64,000 bases of DNA from Cyanobacteria bacterium J06626_4 (lineage in GTDB: Bacteria; Cyanobacteriota; Cyanobacteriia; Phormidesmidales; Phormidesmidaceae). Numbering within the stretch: the stretch's first letter is position 1; each line of letters begins with the position of its first letter. The notes below the pieces were generated by a model, which made no database searches, was not told the DNA's origin, and worked only from the letters and a program-made list of their open reading frames with translations. Both the position numbers and the translations under genes were made by a program. The stretch lies in NCBI GenBank assembly GCA_038523235.1, contig JBCBJQ010000004.1:32001-96000 (forward strand), written 5' to 3'. Shown here piece after piece: positions 29,989-41,274 of the stretch.

Positions 29989-31047
29989 CTACCGAGACAG
30001 CTGCTTGACGCGCCAACCGGCATAGGTGAGCAAGCCAGTGGCCCCCGCTGCGTAGACAAAGCCACTGGGAATGCCCGCAAACGCGATGGCCAAGCTGCCT
30101 GCCCATAGGGTCAAAGCATAGATAAATAAAACCGCCCAGCGATGCGACAAGCCTGCCTTCAGCAAACGGTGATGTAGATGTCGTTTGTCAGCGACAAAGG
30201 GCGAACTGCCACAGCGAATGCGATCCAGAATGACTGCGGACATATCTAAGATCGGCACCGCCAGAATGAGATAGGGCAGCAGCACGGCGACCGTGGTGAC
30301 ACTCTTAATCAGGCCAATCACGCCGACTCCAGCTAGGGTAAACCCAATAAAGTAGGAACCGCCATCGCCCATAAAGATTTTGGCTGGATTGAAGTTGTAC
30401 CGCAAAAAGCAGAGAGAGCCGCCCGCCAATGCCGCCGCGATGAGCGCCGCCGCCGGTTGAGCCATAAACAGGCTCACCACCAGCATGATCAGCGCAGCAA
30501 TGCCACAGACCCCGGCCGCGAGTCCATCTAATCCATCAATCCAGTTGATGGCGTTGGTCATGCCCACTAGCCAAATGATGGTGACTGGCAGACTAATCCA
30601 GATGGGCAGTGACACCAGTCCGACGAAAGGAATGCTCAAAAAATCGATGCTGACCCCCACATGCCAGGCAATTCCCGCAATCAGCGCCTGCATGAGCAAG
30701 CGACTAGAAGCCGACAAGCCAAAGAGGTCATCTAGCAGACCGATTAAGAAGAAGGCGAATCCGCCCAGCGTGACGCCCCAGATTTCATATTCGTCGGTGG
30801 GGCTGAGGTGAGTGCCCGAAGCGTCAATAAAACCACCAGACCACCAGACAAACAAAAGCGAAATCAGCGTACCCAGGAAAATCGAAATCCCTCCGAGGCG
30901 CACCATCGGTTGCGTGTGGACTTTGCGGCCGCCGGGCTGATCGACCCGCCCAGATCGCAAGCCGATTTGTCGCACGATGGGAGTCGATACCAGCACCACG
31001 GCGCCAGAAATCACAAAGGCTAATAGATGATAGAGCTGAAAAGGCAT
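29989..31047 (-). CDS. MraY-family (WecA/TagO-like) undecaprenyl-phosphate GlcNAc-1-P transferase
   Basis: RKVH...PMVRLGG, GLLDD, NAINWIDGLDGLA, NFNPAKIFMGDGGS, HLHHRL. Confidence 0.93.
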   Translation of the reverse strand: MPFQLYHLLAFVISGAVVLVSTPIVRQIGLRSGRVDQPGGRKVHTQPMVRLGGISIFLGTLISLLFVWWSGGFIDASGTHLSPTDEYEIWGVTLGGFAFFLIGLLDDLFGLSASSRLLMQALIAGIAWHVGVSIDFLSIPFVGLVSLPIWISLPVTIIWLVGMTNAINWIDGLDGLAAGVCGIAALIMLVVSLFMAQPAAALIAAALAGGSLCFLRYNFNPAKIFMGDGGSYFIGFTLAGVGVIGLIKSVTTVAVLLPYLILAVPILDMSAVILDRIRCGSSPFVADKRHLHHRLLKAGLSHRWAVLFIYALTLWAGSLAIAFAGIPSGFVYAAGATGLLTYAGWRVKQLSR

Positions 31048-31296
31048 AGAGAGGGCTTCAACAGCGTTGAAGTTTAGCAATCAGCTGAGATGAAAAGATT
31101 CGCGATTAATACTAAAGCCGACGGTGCAAGCTCAAACTTACTTGTCGAAGATAGTTGATTCTCTTAATAATCTTTAGAATCTAGCCACTACTATAAAGCT
31201 CCATGAAGGATATGACAGATCAAATCGGTTGTCTACTGTCATATCCCCATAGAGCCGGGATCAAGCTGCAAATGAGTTTAAGCGGATCTGCTGAAA

Positions 31297-32580
31297 CTAA
31301 GCCATCACGGGCTTGGGCAGGCTGAGGTGAGGATAAAGCGGAAAGCGATCACACAGCGCCGCGACCCGGCGACGACAGTTGTCGCGAACGCCCTCGTCCT
31401 CAGGATGCGTCAGTCGATCTGCGACGATATCGGCAATCTCGGTAAACTCGGCAAGCCCCATGCCGCGAGTGGTCATCGCCGGCGATCCGAGCCGTAAACC
31501 ACTGGTGACAAAGGGCGATTCAGGGTCAAAGGGAACAGTGTTTTTATTGGCCGTGATATTGACTTCACTCACGAGCTGGTCGGCTTGCTTGCCCGTCAGG
31601 TTGACTGAGCGCAGATCAACCAAAATCAGATGGTTGTCAGTACCGTTAGAAACTAACTTGAGTCCTCTGGCCTGCAGGCGATCGCCCATGGCTTGGGCGT
31701 TTTTGATCACCTGCTGCGAGTAGGTCTTAAACTCGGGTCGCAGCGCTTCACCAAAAGCCACTGCCTTCGCGGCAATCACGTGCTCTAGCGGCCCCCCCTG
31801 AGAGCCGGGAAAAACCGCCTTGTCAAACTTTTTGCCTAAGTCGGCATCGCGGGTCAAAATCAATCCCCCGCGCGGTCCTCGCAGGGTTTTGTGGGTCGTC
31901 GTGGTCACCACATCACAGTGCGGCACCGGATTGGGATGCACGCCCGCCGCGACTAGCCCTGCGATGTGGGCGATGTCGGCCAGCAAATAGGCTCCCACTT
32001 CATCGGAGATCGCCCGGAACTGTTCAAACGGAATCACGCGCGGGTAGGCCGAATAGCCGCAAATGATGAGCTTTGGGCGATGCTCTAAAGCCAAGGCCCG
32101 AATCTGATCAAAATCAAGTGTCTCAGTGTCAGCATTAACGCCATACTGCACGACGTTGAACCATTTGCCGGATACGTTCACCGGTGATCCGTGGGTCAAA
32201 TGCCCACCATGGGACAGATCCATCCCCATAATGGTGTCACCAGGCTGGAGGAGCGCTAAAAACACAGCGAAGTTGGCCTGAGCGCCGGAGTGCGGTTGGA
32301 CGTTGGCATGGGCGGCACCAAACAGCTTTTTGATACGCTCAATCGCCAAAGACTCCACCTGATCGACGAATTCACAGCCGCCGTAATACCGCTTGCCCGG
32401 TAGCCCTTCCGCATACTTATTTGTCAAGGCTGAGCCTTGGGCTGCCATCACGGCCGACGAGGCAAAATTTTCACTCGCGATTAGCTCAAGGTGATCGCGC
32501 TGGCGCTGCAGCTCGCGTTGCACGATATCTGCCACTAACGGATCACTGTCCTGAAGAATTTCTAAAATTGATTGCGTCAC
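31297..32580 (-). CDS. glyA: Serine hydroxymethyltransferase
   Basis: [27 protein letters not shown] lysine in [17 protein letters not shown] start at 32580 inferred. Confidence 0.98.
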   Translation of the reverse strand: MTQSILEILQDSDPLVADIVQRELQRQRDHLELIASENFASSAVMAAQGSALTNKYAEGLPGKRYYGGCEFVDQVESLAIERIKKLFGAAHANVQPHSGAQANFAVFLALLQPGDTIMGMDLSHGGHLTHGSPVNVSGKWFNVVQYGVNADTETLDFDQIRALALEHRPKLIICGYSAYPRVIPFEQFRAISDEVGAYLLADIAHIAGLVAAGVHPNPVPHCDVVTTTTHKTLRGPRGGLILTRDADLGKKFDKAVFPGSQGGPLEHVIAAKAVAFGEALRPEFKTYSQQVIKNAQAMGDRLQARGLKLVSNGTDNHLILVDLRSVNLTGKQADQLVSEVNITANKNTVPFDPESPFVTSGLRLGSPAMTTRGMGLAEFTEIADIVADRLTHPEDEGVRDNCRRRVAALCDRFPLYPHLSLPKPVMA

Positions 32581-32862
32581 AGCTCTCAACCCCAATAACC
32601 AATTCGATACTTTAGTCCGCTCATCGCGTAGTTCACCCAGACTCTGCTGCTTCCCTGGTCTACTTCCTCAGATCGGTATCTTAGGAATGAGCCCGACCAC
32701 TCGCGCCGCCGCGATCGCCTTGGAGGGCAGCCAAGCAGTCAGAGAATTGAAGACTCTGGATTCATTATCTTAGGGGTTTTATTCTGAGCAGACTACCTTT
32801 TGTCATGGTTATGCAAGATCTTTGAGGCGGCAAACTCTGGTAGAGAAATCGCCCTACCTGGG

Positions 32863-32887
32863 TTTGTAACGAAATGAAACATATACT
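32863..32887 (+). promoter_or_regulatory. HLR1-like (RpaB) box abutting the putative -10 of crtP
   Basis: Minus-strand GTTTCATT-TC-GTTACAAA (32863-32880, one mismatch), followed by TATACT at 32882-32887. Confidence 0.55.
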
Positions 32888-32933
32888 ATTAAGACAGCGA
32901 TAAAGCCAAACCAAACATTTGCAAGGGGAATAA

Positions 32934-34364
<1,431 letters not shown>

Positions 34365-34495
34365 GCAAAATCCCGCAAACAGCGGTTAAATCGGGCTGGC
34401 TTTAACGTATTCTGTGATAGGAAGCCAGTCCGCTGCTAGCGGGCTCTGAGCGCTGTAATCTTAAATATGTTTCGAGTTTCCAGCTATAAAGATTG

Positions 34496-35425
34496 ATGCT
34501 GCAATTGTCCCACTCGCTGCGGTCTAAGGAATTTGTTCCCAAGGAGGATGCCTATGAGGCCTGCCGCCAGGTTACAGCGGAATATTCCAAAACGTTTTAT
34601 CTCGGAACTTTGCTGATGACGCCCGAAAAGCGTCGGGCAATCTGGGCCATCTACGTTTGGTGTCGCCGCACTGATGAATTGGTGGATGGACCGCAGGCTG
34701 CGCTCACCACTGAAGAAACTTTAGACCGCTGGGAGAAGCAACTCACTTCAATCTTTCAAGGTCAACCCGTTGAAGATACGGATGTAGCGCTGGTCGATAC
34801 GTTGCAGCGGTTTCCCTTAGAGATTCAGCCCTTCAAAGACATGATTGAAGGGCAGCGGATGGATTTGGATCGATCGCGCTATCACACCTTTGAAGAGCTG
34901 GAACTTTACTGTTATCGGGTTGCAGGCACGGTTGGTTTGATGTCAACTGCGGTTATGGGCATTGATTCTGAGCAGCAAACCGCACCTTGGCAGCGGTATG
35001 AGCCTTCACCCAATCCGATGAAAGAAGCCGTTGCCCTCGGCATTGCTAATCAGCTGACGAATATTTTGCGTGACGTTGGTGAAGATGCGCGGCGGGGGCG
35101 CATTTATTTACCCCTCGAAGATTTGGCCCTGTTTGACTATACCGAAGCGGATTTGATGAACGGCGTGATTGACGATCGCTGGCGAGCCTTGATGCAGTTT
35201 GAGATTCAACGTGCCCGCAAGTTTTATCAAGAAGCTGAGCAGGGTATCAGTCGCTTGAGTCCTGATGCTCGCTGGCCTGTCTGGGCTGCTCAGGTGCTTT
35301 ACAGCAAGATTCTGACGGTCATTGAGCAAAATGGCTACGACGTTTTTACCAAGCGGGCTTACGTCCCGAGGCTACAAAAGATCATGTGCCTGCCGGGGAC
35401 CTTGGTGCGATCGCGGATGCTTTAG
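34496..35425 (+). CDS. crtB: Phytoene synthase
   Basis: SKTFYLG, WCRRTDELVD, YCYRVAGTVG, NQLTNILRDVGED. Confidence 0.97.
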   Translation: MLQLSHSLRSKEFVPKEDAYEACRQVTAEYSKTFYLGTLLMTPEKRRAIWAIYVWCRRTDELVDGPQAALTTEETLDRWEKQLTSIFQGQPVEDTDVALVDTLQRFPLEIQPFKDMIEGQRMDLDRSRYHTFEELELYCYRVAGTVGLMSTAVMGIDSEQQTAPWQRYEPSPNPMKEAVALGIANQLTNILRDVGEDARRGRIYLPLEDLALFDYTEADLMNGVIDDRWRALMQFEIQRARKFYQEAEQGISRLSPDARWPVWAAQVLYSKILTVIEQNGYDVFTKRAYVPRLQKIMCLPGTLVRSRML

Positions 35426-35521
35426 AGTTCGCTAAATTCAACCCATGATTTGTCGGGCTGCTGTCAGCTGTGATCGCTGTCGCCCCGGCCGACGCACACA
35501 ATCCAAAATCTGAAAGCTGGG

Positions 35522-36241
35522 ATGAAACCGTACCACCACGTGCCGATCCATGAGTGTCACGAACCTCTGGTACCCCTGCCCCTACAAGAGTTTGCCGTGG
35601 TCATGCCGCATCCCTATGTGGCGTTAGGTGCGCCCTATGGCGATCGCTCGCCCTATTGGCTGCGCCAGACCGTGGTCGAGGCGTTGCGTCGAGTTCAATC
35701 CTCTCTGCAGGCCGAGCAACCGGGCTGGCGTTTGCAAGTGTTTGATGCCTATCGCCCGATTCCGGTGCAGCAGTTTATGGTGGACTACACTACTCAAGAC
35801 TTGGCTCACCAACAGGGGCTCGACTGGTCACAGCTCTCAATGGCCCAACAGCAAACGCTGCTCGAAACGGTGTATCAGTTTTGGGCCCTGCCAAGCCCTG
35901 ACCCGCAAACACCCCCACCCCACAGTACGGGTGCGGCCATTGACCTCACCCTGATAGATGCTCAAGGGTTGCCCGTCGCGATGGGGTCGCCAATCGACGA
36001 GGTCTCAGCACGATCTCATCCCGATTATTTTCAGGCAGCCGCTGCGGATCATGCGCAATTTCATGCCCATCGATGTTTGCTCCGGCAGCTGATGGTAGCC
36101 GCTGGTTTTCAACAACATCCTGCCGAATGGTGGCATTTTTCGCATGGTGACCAACTGTGGGCTTGGCTCACGACCCAACAGACTGGCCAATTTACGGTGG
36201 CGCGCTATGGCTGTGCCGAACTGCCGCCCCGTTTGGCATGA
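35522..36241 (+). CDS. D-Ala-D-Ala dipeptidase (M15D, VanX/DdpX family)
   Basis: FDAYRP, PHSTGAAIDLTL and EWWHF Zn-peptidase motifs. Confidence 0.9.
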   Translation: MKPYHHVPIHECHEPLVPLPLQEFAVVMPHPYVALGAPYGDRSPYWLRQTVVEALRRVQSSLQAEQPGWRLQVFDAYRPIPVQQFMVDYTTQDLAHQQGLDWSQLSMAQQQTLLETVYQFWALPSPDPQTPPPHSTGAAIDLTLIDAQGLPVAMGSPIDEVSARSHPDYFQAAAADHAQFHAHRCLLRQLMVAAGFQQHPAEWWHFSHGDQLWAWLTTQQTGQFTVARYGCAELPPRLA

Positions 36242-36251
36242 AGTATTTTTG

Positions 36252-36704
36252 TTAGCGCTGCTGAGGCAGTGGAGAGAGCGGACTCTCAGTGGGCAACTCT
36301 GCCTGTAGCCTTAAACAGTTGCTTTGTCCTTGAACTCTCACCTGATATTCCACCTTGTCCATCAGCCGGTTTAAAATCAACCAGCCGTAGCCTCCCTCTT
36401 GGTGAGCATCTGGCGCTGGTGGCAAATAGGTGCTGAGATCAAAGCCTTCTCCTTGATCCCAAACCTCTAAAAATAGGACGTCAGCCTGCACTTCCAATTT
36501 CAGCAAGACCGGCAACTGGGGTTGTTCGTGGTGAGCATGGCGAACAACGTTGGAATAGGCTTCTACAATCACTAAGCGCAAGCGATTTTCCCATTTCGGC
36601 CAATCTGGCCAGTCGCCTAGCTCTAGCTGCAAAGTGCCCAACAGCCAAGCTTCAATGACGACTAAAAATCTGAGATCGCTGGGAATGCGGAGTTCAGTTT
36701 TCAT
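36252..36704 (-). CDS. RsbW-like anti-sigma factor / Ser kinase (HATPase_c_2)
   Basis: EAYSNVVRHA, WDQGEGFD, EGGYGWLILNRLMDKV; start overlaps the upstream stop (TAATG). Confidence 0.88.
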   Translation of the reverse strand: MKTELRIPSDLRFLVVIEAWLLGTLQLELGDWPDWPKWENRLRLVIVEAYSNVVRHAHHEQPQLPVLLKLEVQADVLFLEVWDQGEGFDLSTYLPPAPDAHQEGGYGWLILNRLMDKVEYQVRVQGQSNCLRLQAELPTESPLSPLPQQR

Positions 36705-38383
36705 TACTTCACCACCTCCAGCGACAACACCGTTTGGTCATCTTCCTGTTCAGCGCTACCCCGCTGAATTGACGCTAAGAGCTGATCCAAATCTAAGGGG
36801 AGTGCTTGGGTTTTTAGGAGTTTCCACAGCCCCGTCTGATGCAACATGGCGGCTCCTTCGGAGGCCTCAGCGGCTACCGTGGCTTCGGTGAGCCCGTCAC
36901 TCGTGAGGAGTAGCGTTTTGCCAGGAGCTAGTTCAGTTTCACCAGCTTGCGCTGTCCAATCCGGCAAAATTCCGAGGGGGACACCCCGAGTTTTGAGATA
37001 AAGCGGTTCACCTGCGGGTTCAGCAAGGGTTTGGACTGTCCACACTAACGGGTAGATGTGGCCGGCATTGGCATACCGCAGTTTGTGCGTTATTGGGTTA
37101 TAGCAAATCAGCACCAGCGTGACAAAACAGTTGCTGCTGACTAAGTCATCCCAAAGGCTCCGGTTTAAATTTTGCATCACCTTTTCAGGCGAGGGCGAAC
37201 GCTCTTGAGACAATTCGCGGCGCAACACAGAGATCGCACTCGCCATAAACAGTGCTGCTGGCACCCCCTTGCCCGAGACATCCCCCACCGCGAGCCAGAC
37301 ATCACCCTGCGGGTGAGAAAAAATCTCATAGAAATCGCCGCCCACTTCATGCGCTGGTAGGCACCGAGCTTGAATGCGGACGTTTTCAATGGTGGGTAGA
37401 CTTTGACGCAGCAAGTTGGTTTGAATCTGCCGAGCGACCTCTAGTTCTGCCCGCATCTGCTGTGTCTGCATTTGAATGCGTTGATACAGTTTGGCCTGGG
37501 AGATGGCTAGGGCAATTTGCTCAGCGACACTGTCCAGCAACTGCGTCGTGGTTTCGGCCCAGTCGGAGACTAAGGCCGAGTGGTAAAGCGTGACGATCGC
37601 TAACGTCGTTTGCTGATATCGCAGCGGTAGCGTCAACGCCGTCAGAGGCGTGGACTGCTCTATCGTGTCTAGCTGGCGCTGCCCCGTCTGCAGCACCCAC
37701 TCACTCATTGACAGGCTATGACCTTTGAAACTCGTGGCCGCTGCCGCGCTTAACGTCGTGAAGCTAAAACTAAGTGACTTGTCTAACTCCGTTGACGTCT
37801 CATCCGCGTTGACCACATAGAGTACGACGTGGCAGGCCTCAAAGGTTTTGCCTAAGGTGATAGCGATCGTCTGCAACATGCTGTCGTAATCTAGCGACTC
37901 GCGAATGGCGCTCATCACTTCGTTAAAAAACGACTCGCGTGATAGCGCTTGAGTCAAGGCTCGGGTGCGCTGTTTGACGACCCGAAACGTTTCTGCTGCT
38001 TGCATCACTACTGTCTTCAGGTCAGCTGGTTTCCAGGGCTTCGTAATGTATTTGAAAACTTTGCCGGAATTGATCGCCTCGACCAAGTCTTCAACATCGG
38101 TATAGCCTGTTAAGACAATGCGGATGGTGTCTGGAAACTGTTCAACGGTGCGGCTTAGAAACTCAGTGCCGTTCATGCGGGGCATGCGCTGATCAGAAAT
38201 GATCACCGCCATTTCACCCACCTCAGCCAAAACCTGCAGAGCCTTAAAGCCGTCCTCTGCTTTATAAACTTCAAACTCCCGTCGAAAGGTGCGATACAAC
38301 AAGTCCAGGTTGTCTGGTTCGTCGTCTACGACCATAAGTTTTAGGAGGTTATCATCTTCCCAGGCCATCGGGAAAGTCCTCAT
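36704..38383 (-). CDS. REC-GAF-SpoIIE (PP2C, RsbU-like) phosphatase
   Basis: VVDDE...ISDQRMP receiver domain; GAF-like middle; VGGDFY, GDVSGKG, NAGH, SDGLTE, EDDQT. Confidence 0.92.
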   Translation of the reverse strand: MRTFPMAWEDDNLLKLMVVDDEPDNLDLLYRTFRREFEVYKAEDGFKALQVLAEVGEMAVIISDQRMPRMNGTEFLSRTVEQFPDTIRIVLTGYTDVEDLVEAINSGKVFKYITKPWKPADLKTVVMQAAETFRVVKQRTRALTQALSRESFFNEVMSAIRESLDYDSMLQTIAITLGKTFEACHVVLYVVNADETSTELDKSLSFSFTTLSAAAATSFKGHSLSMSEWVLQTGQRQLDTIEQSTPLTALTLPLRYQQTTLAIVTLYHSALVSDWAETTTQLLDSVAEQIALAISQAKLYQRIQMQTQQMRAELEVARQIQTNLLRQSLPTIENVRIQARCLPAHEVGGDFYEIFSHPQGDVWLAVGDVSGKGVPAALFMASAISVLRRELSQERSPSPEKVMQNLNRSLWDDLVSSNCFVTLVLICYNPITHKLRYANAGHIYPLVWTVQTLAEPAGEPLYLKTRGVPLGILPDWTAQAGETELAPGKTLLLTSDGLTEATVAAEASEGAAMLHQTGLWKLLKTQALPLDLDQLLASIQRGSAEQEDDQTVLSLEVVK

Positions 38384-38720
38384 AGGGAACGATTGCAGGA
38401 GCTAGCGATGCTGCCAGAGCGAGCCTAACGGCCGGCAAAGGGACGAGTTCTGTGGCTTCAGGGGCAGTCGGTTGAGTTCGAGGCCTGCGATCAGCCTGCG
38501 ATCGTTGCCATGGCCTCTGAGAGACGGTCACCTGAATATTCTCTAGCGTTCCCACCTTAAACCCATACTTACCGTATCCTCTCTGCCGTCGGAGAATTGA
38601 GTCAAGGATGGTACCGATTTCCGCGTGAATGGCTGGTTGTTCGCGGGAGATGAGGTGCGGCAATGGATGGGGAGCGCGCGTGATGCTGTTAGTAGCGAGG
38701 TGGCCAAGATGATTAACGGC

Positions 38721-39623
38721 TTATCCCCTGCTGGATGATGGCTGTATGCGCTCGGCTACTCTGAGCTTGGCCGAGCGCGCTCGAGGATTTGCCGCCACTT
38801 CTTCGGCGGTAGCGATGAGAGGCTTTTTGGTGATGATTTGCAGGCGCTCATCTTGGCGAAACGCCCATTTGACGATGCGATCTTCCAAACTGTGAAAGCT
38901 GATGATGACTAAACGGCCACCGGGCACGAGCCAGTCGGGTGCCTTCTCCAAAAAGGTTTTCAGTACTTCCAGTTCCGCATTGACGGCAATGCGTAGAGCT
39001 TGAAAGGTGCGGGTTGCGGGGTGAATTCGACCATAACGATACTTTTTCGGCACACAGTCAGCGATCGCCGCTGCCAGTTCAGTGGTGGTTTGAAAGGGGC
39101 GTTTTTCTACAATCTGGCGGGCGATGCGTCGCGACAACCGCTCTTCGCCGTAGATATAGATCGTGTTGGCCAGCTCTGTTTCATCCCAATGATTGACAAT
39201 AGCGGCGGCGCTGAGATCTTGATGCGGGTTCATGCGCATATCTAGGGGGGCGGTTTTACGGAAGCTAAAGCCGCGCTCTGGCGTATCGAGCTGGGCTGAA
39301 CTAACGCCAATGTCAGCCAGAATGCCGTCAAATCGATTGGTGCCCGGATCAAAATTGCTGAAATTGGTGTGGCAAAAGGTGACGCGATCGCCATATTCTG
39401 ACAGCCGCGCTTGAGCGGCCTCAAGGGCGGTCGTATCTTGATCTAAGGCGACGAGCTGTAGCGTCGCACTAGTCTGCAACAGTAGGACACTGTGCCCGCC
39501 GCCACCCACCGTAGCGTCCAAGTATCGTCGGGGAGTCGTTGGTGATGCGGTGGCCTGCAGTCCTGTCAATACCGGCTGGGGCATCACCGGCACATGTTGA
39601 AAGGAAACCGTTTCGTCTGTCAT
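38721..39623 (-). CDS. rsmH: 16S rRNA m4C1402 methyltransferase
   Basis: HVPVM, DATVGGGGHS, DIGVSSAQLD, PLDMRM, TFQALRIAVN, SFHSLEDR, NPRARSAKLR. Confidence 0.97.
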   Translation of the reverse strand: MTDETVSFQHVPVMPQPVLTGLQATASPTTPRRYLDATVGGGGHSVLLLQTSATLQLVALDQDTTALEAAQARLSEYGDRVTFCHTNFSNFDPGTNRFDGILADIGVSSAQLDTPERGFSFRKTAPLDMRMNPHQDLSAAAIVNHWDETELANTIYIYGEERLSRRIARQIVEKRPFQTTTELAAAIADCVPKKYRYGRIHPATRTFQALRIAVNAELEVLKTFLEKAPDWLVPGGRLVIISFHSLEDRIVKWAFRQDERLQIITKKPLIATAEEVAANPRARSAKLRVAERIQPSSSRG

Positions 39624-39890
39624 TCAAGTCCTGGATAAGCCATCTGCGATCGCCGTTGCCGCGCTCTCAATCGCCTGATCGGGCGGTTGGGTGGCACGCT
39701 ATTAGCGATTACAATTGCTTCCCCAAGCTTACGGTATGAAAATGCGTAGATCTTCGGGGTCTGACCTTTTATATTAAGTAAGAGAGCGTACAGTTGGACT
39801 GTCGAAACTTAATTGAGTTTAGACAGCTAACTACCGCAACTTGTCCCCGTTGGGGGCGTCGCACTCGTTGACATCATCCCAGGCGTATTC

Positions 39891-41078
39891 ATGACGACAC
39901 GCATTGAGACTAAAACTGAACCCATGGTCATCAACATGGGGCCGCATCATCCTTCTATGCACGGAGTGCTGCGCCTCATCGTGACCTTAGACGGTGAAGA
40001 TGTGGTGGATTGTGAGCCCGTGATTGGCTACCTGCATCGCGGCATGGAGAAAATTGCTGAAAGTCGTACTAACGTCCAGTTTGTGCCCTACGTGAGTCGG
40101 TGGGACTATGCTGCTGGCATGTTTAATGAGGCGATCACTGTCAATGCCCCCGAGCAGCTCGCAGATATTGATGTGCCCAAACGGGCCAGCTACATTCGCG
40201 TCATCATGTTGGAGCTTAACCGCGTAGCCAACCATCTTCTGTGGTTGGGGCCGTTTTTGGCTGACGTTGGGGCTCAAACTCCGTTCTTCTACATTTTTCG
40301 GGAGCGAGAGCTGATCTATGACCTGTGGGAAGCGGCTACTGGTCAACGCATGGTCAACAATAACTATTTCCGCATTGGAGGGGTGGCGGCTGATCTGCCC
40401 TACGGCTGGATTAATAAATGTCTGGACTTCTGCGATTACTTTCTACCCAAAGTGGATGAGTACGAGAAGCTGATTACCAACAACCCCATCTTTCGGCGCC
40501 GAATTGAAGGTATTGGTGTCATCTCTCGGGATGAAGCACTCTCTTGGGGACTGTCTGGTCCGATGCTCCGTGGCTCTGGCGTGAAATGGGACTTGCGCAA
40601 GGTTGACCATTACGAATGCTATGACGAACTCGATTGGGACATCCAGTACGCCACCGAAGGAGACTGTATGGCTCGCTATGTGGTTCGCGTGGCGGAAATG
40701 CGGGAATCTATCAAGATTATTCGCCAAGCCTGCAAGCAGCTACCCGGTGGGCCTTACGAAAATTTGGAAGCCAAACGTATGGCTGAAGGCCCCAAATCTG
40801 AATGGAATGGGTTTGACTATCAGTTTGCGGGTAAAAAGATTCCGCCCACCTTCAAGATTCCGGCTGGTGAGCACTACGTGCGTCTCGAAAGCGGCAAAGG
40901 TGAGCTAGGCGTCTTTATCATGGGGGATGATAATGTTTTTCCCTGGCGCTTTAAGATTCGCGCCGCTGACTTCAACAACCTGCAAATTCTGCCGCATCTG
41001 CTGAAAGGCATGAAGGTTGCCGACATCATGGCAATTCTGGGCAGCATTGACATCATTATGGGATCGGTTGATCGCTAA
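39891..41078 (+). CDS. ndhH: NAD(P)H-quinone oxidoreductase subunit H
   Basis: [24 protein letters not shown]; ends [10 protein letters not shown]. Confidence 0.99.
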   Translation: MTTRIETKTEPMVINMGPHHPSMHGVLRLIVTLDGEDVVDCEPVIGYLHRGMEKIAESRTNVQFVPYVSRWDYAAGMFNEAITVNAPEQLADIDVPKRASYIRVIMLELNRVANHLLWLGPFLADVGAQTPFFYIFRERELIYDLWEAATGQRMVNNNYFRIGGVAADLPYGWINKCLDFCDYFLPKVDEYEKLITNNPIFRRRIEGIGVISRDEALSWGLSGPMLRGSGVKWDLRKVDHYECYDELDWDIQYATEGDCMARYVVRVAEMRESIKIIRQACKQLPGGPYENLEAKRMAEGPKSEWNGFDYQFAGKKIPPTFKIPAGEHYVRLESGKGELGVFIMGDDNVFPWRFKIRAADFNNLQILPHLLKGMKVADIMAILGSIDIIMGSVDR

Positions 41079-41108
41079 CTGCATCAGCTTTGTTGCCCAC
41101 GCATTGCC

Positions 41109-41142
41109 AGGCCCGATTGATCGCGCTCAATCGGGCCTTTTT
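41109..41142 (+). terminator. Rho-independent terminator of ndhH
   Basis: AGGCCCGATTGA-N6-TCAATCGGGCCT followed by TTTT. Confidence 0.88.
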
Positions 41143-41274
41143 GACCGGCTAGTTTAGCGACTTCGGGAAAGCTTTGCAATTCTGGCGACGGCTGCCGATT
41201 GGACAACCGGCGATCTATTTAGATGCTGAGCCGGGGTGGCTATGTGAAACTGCAGTCGGCGGTTGCTACCGCAG

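Noticed and set aside
38352..38663. 103-aa ORF upstream of the phosphatase gene
   Set aside because: Non-ATG start, overlaps the next gene's start and has no recognisable motif; probably promoter DNA
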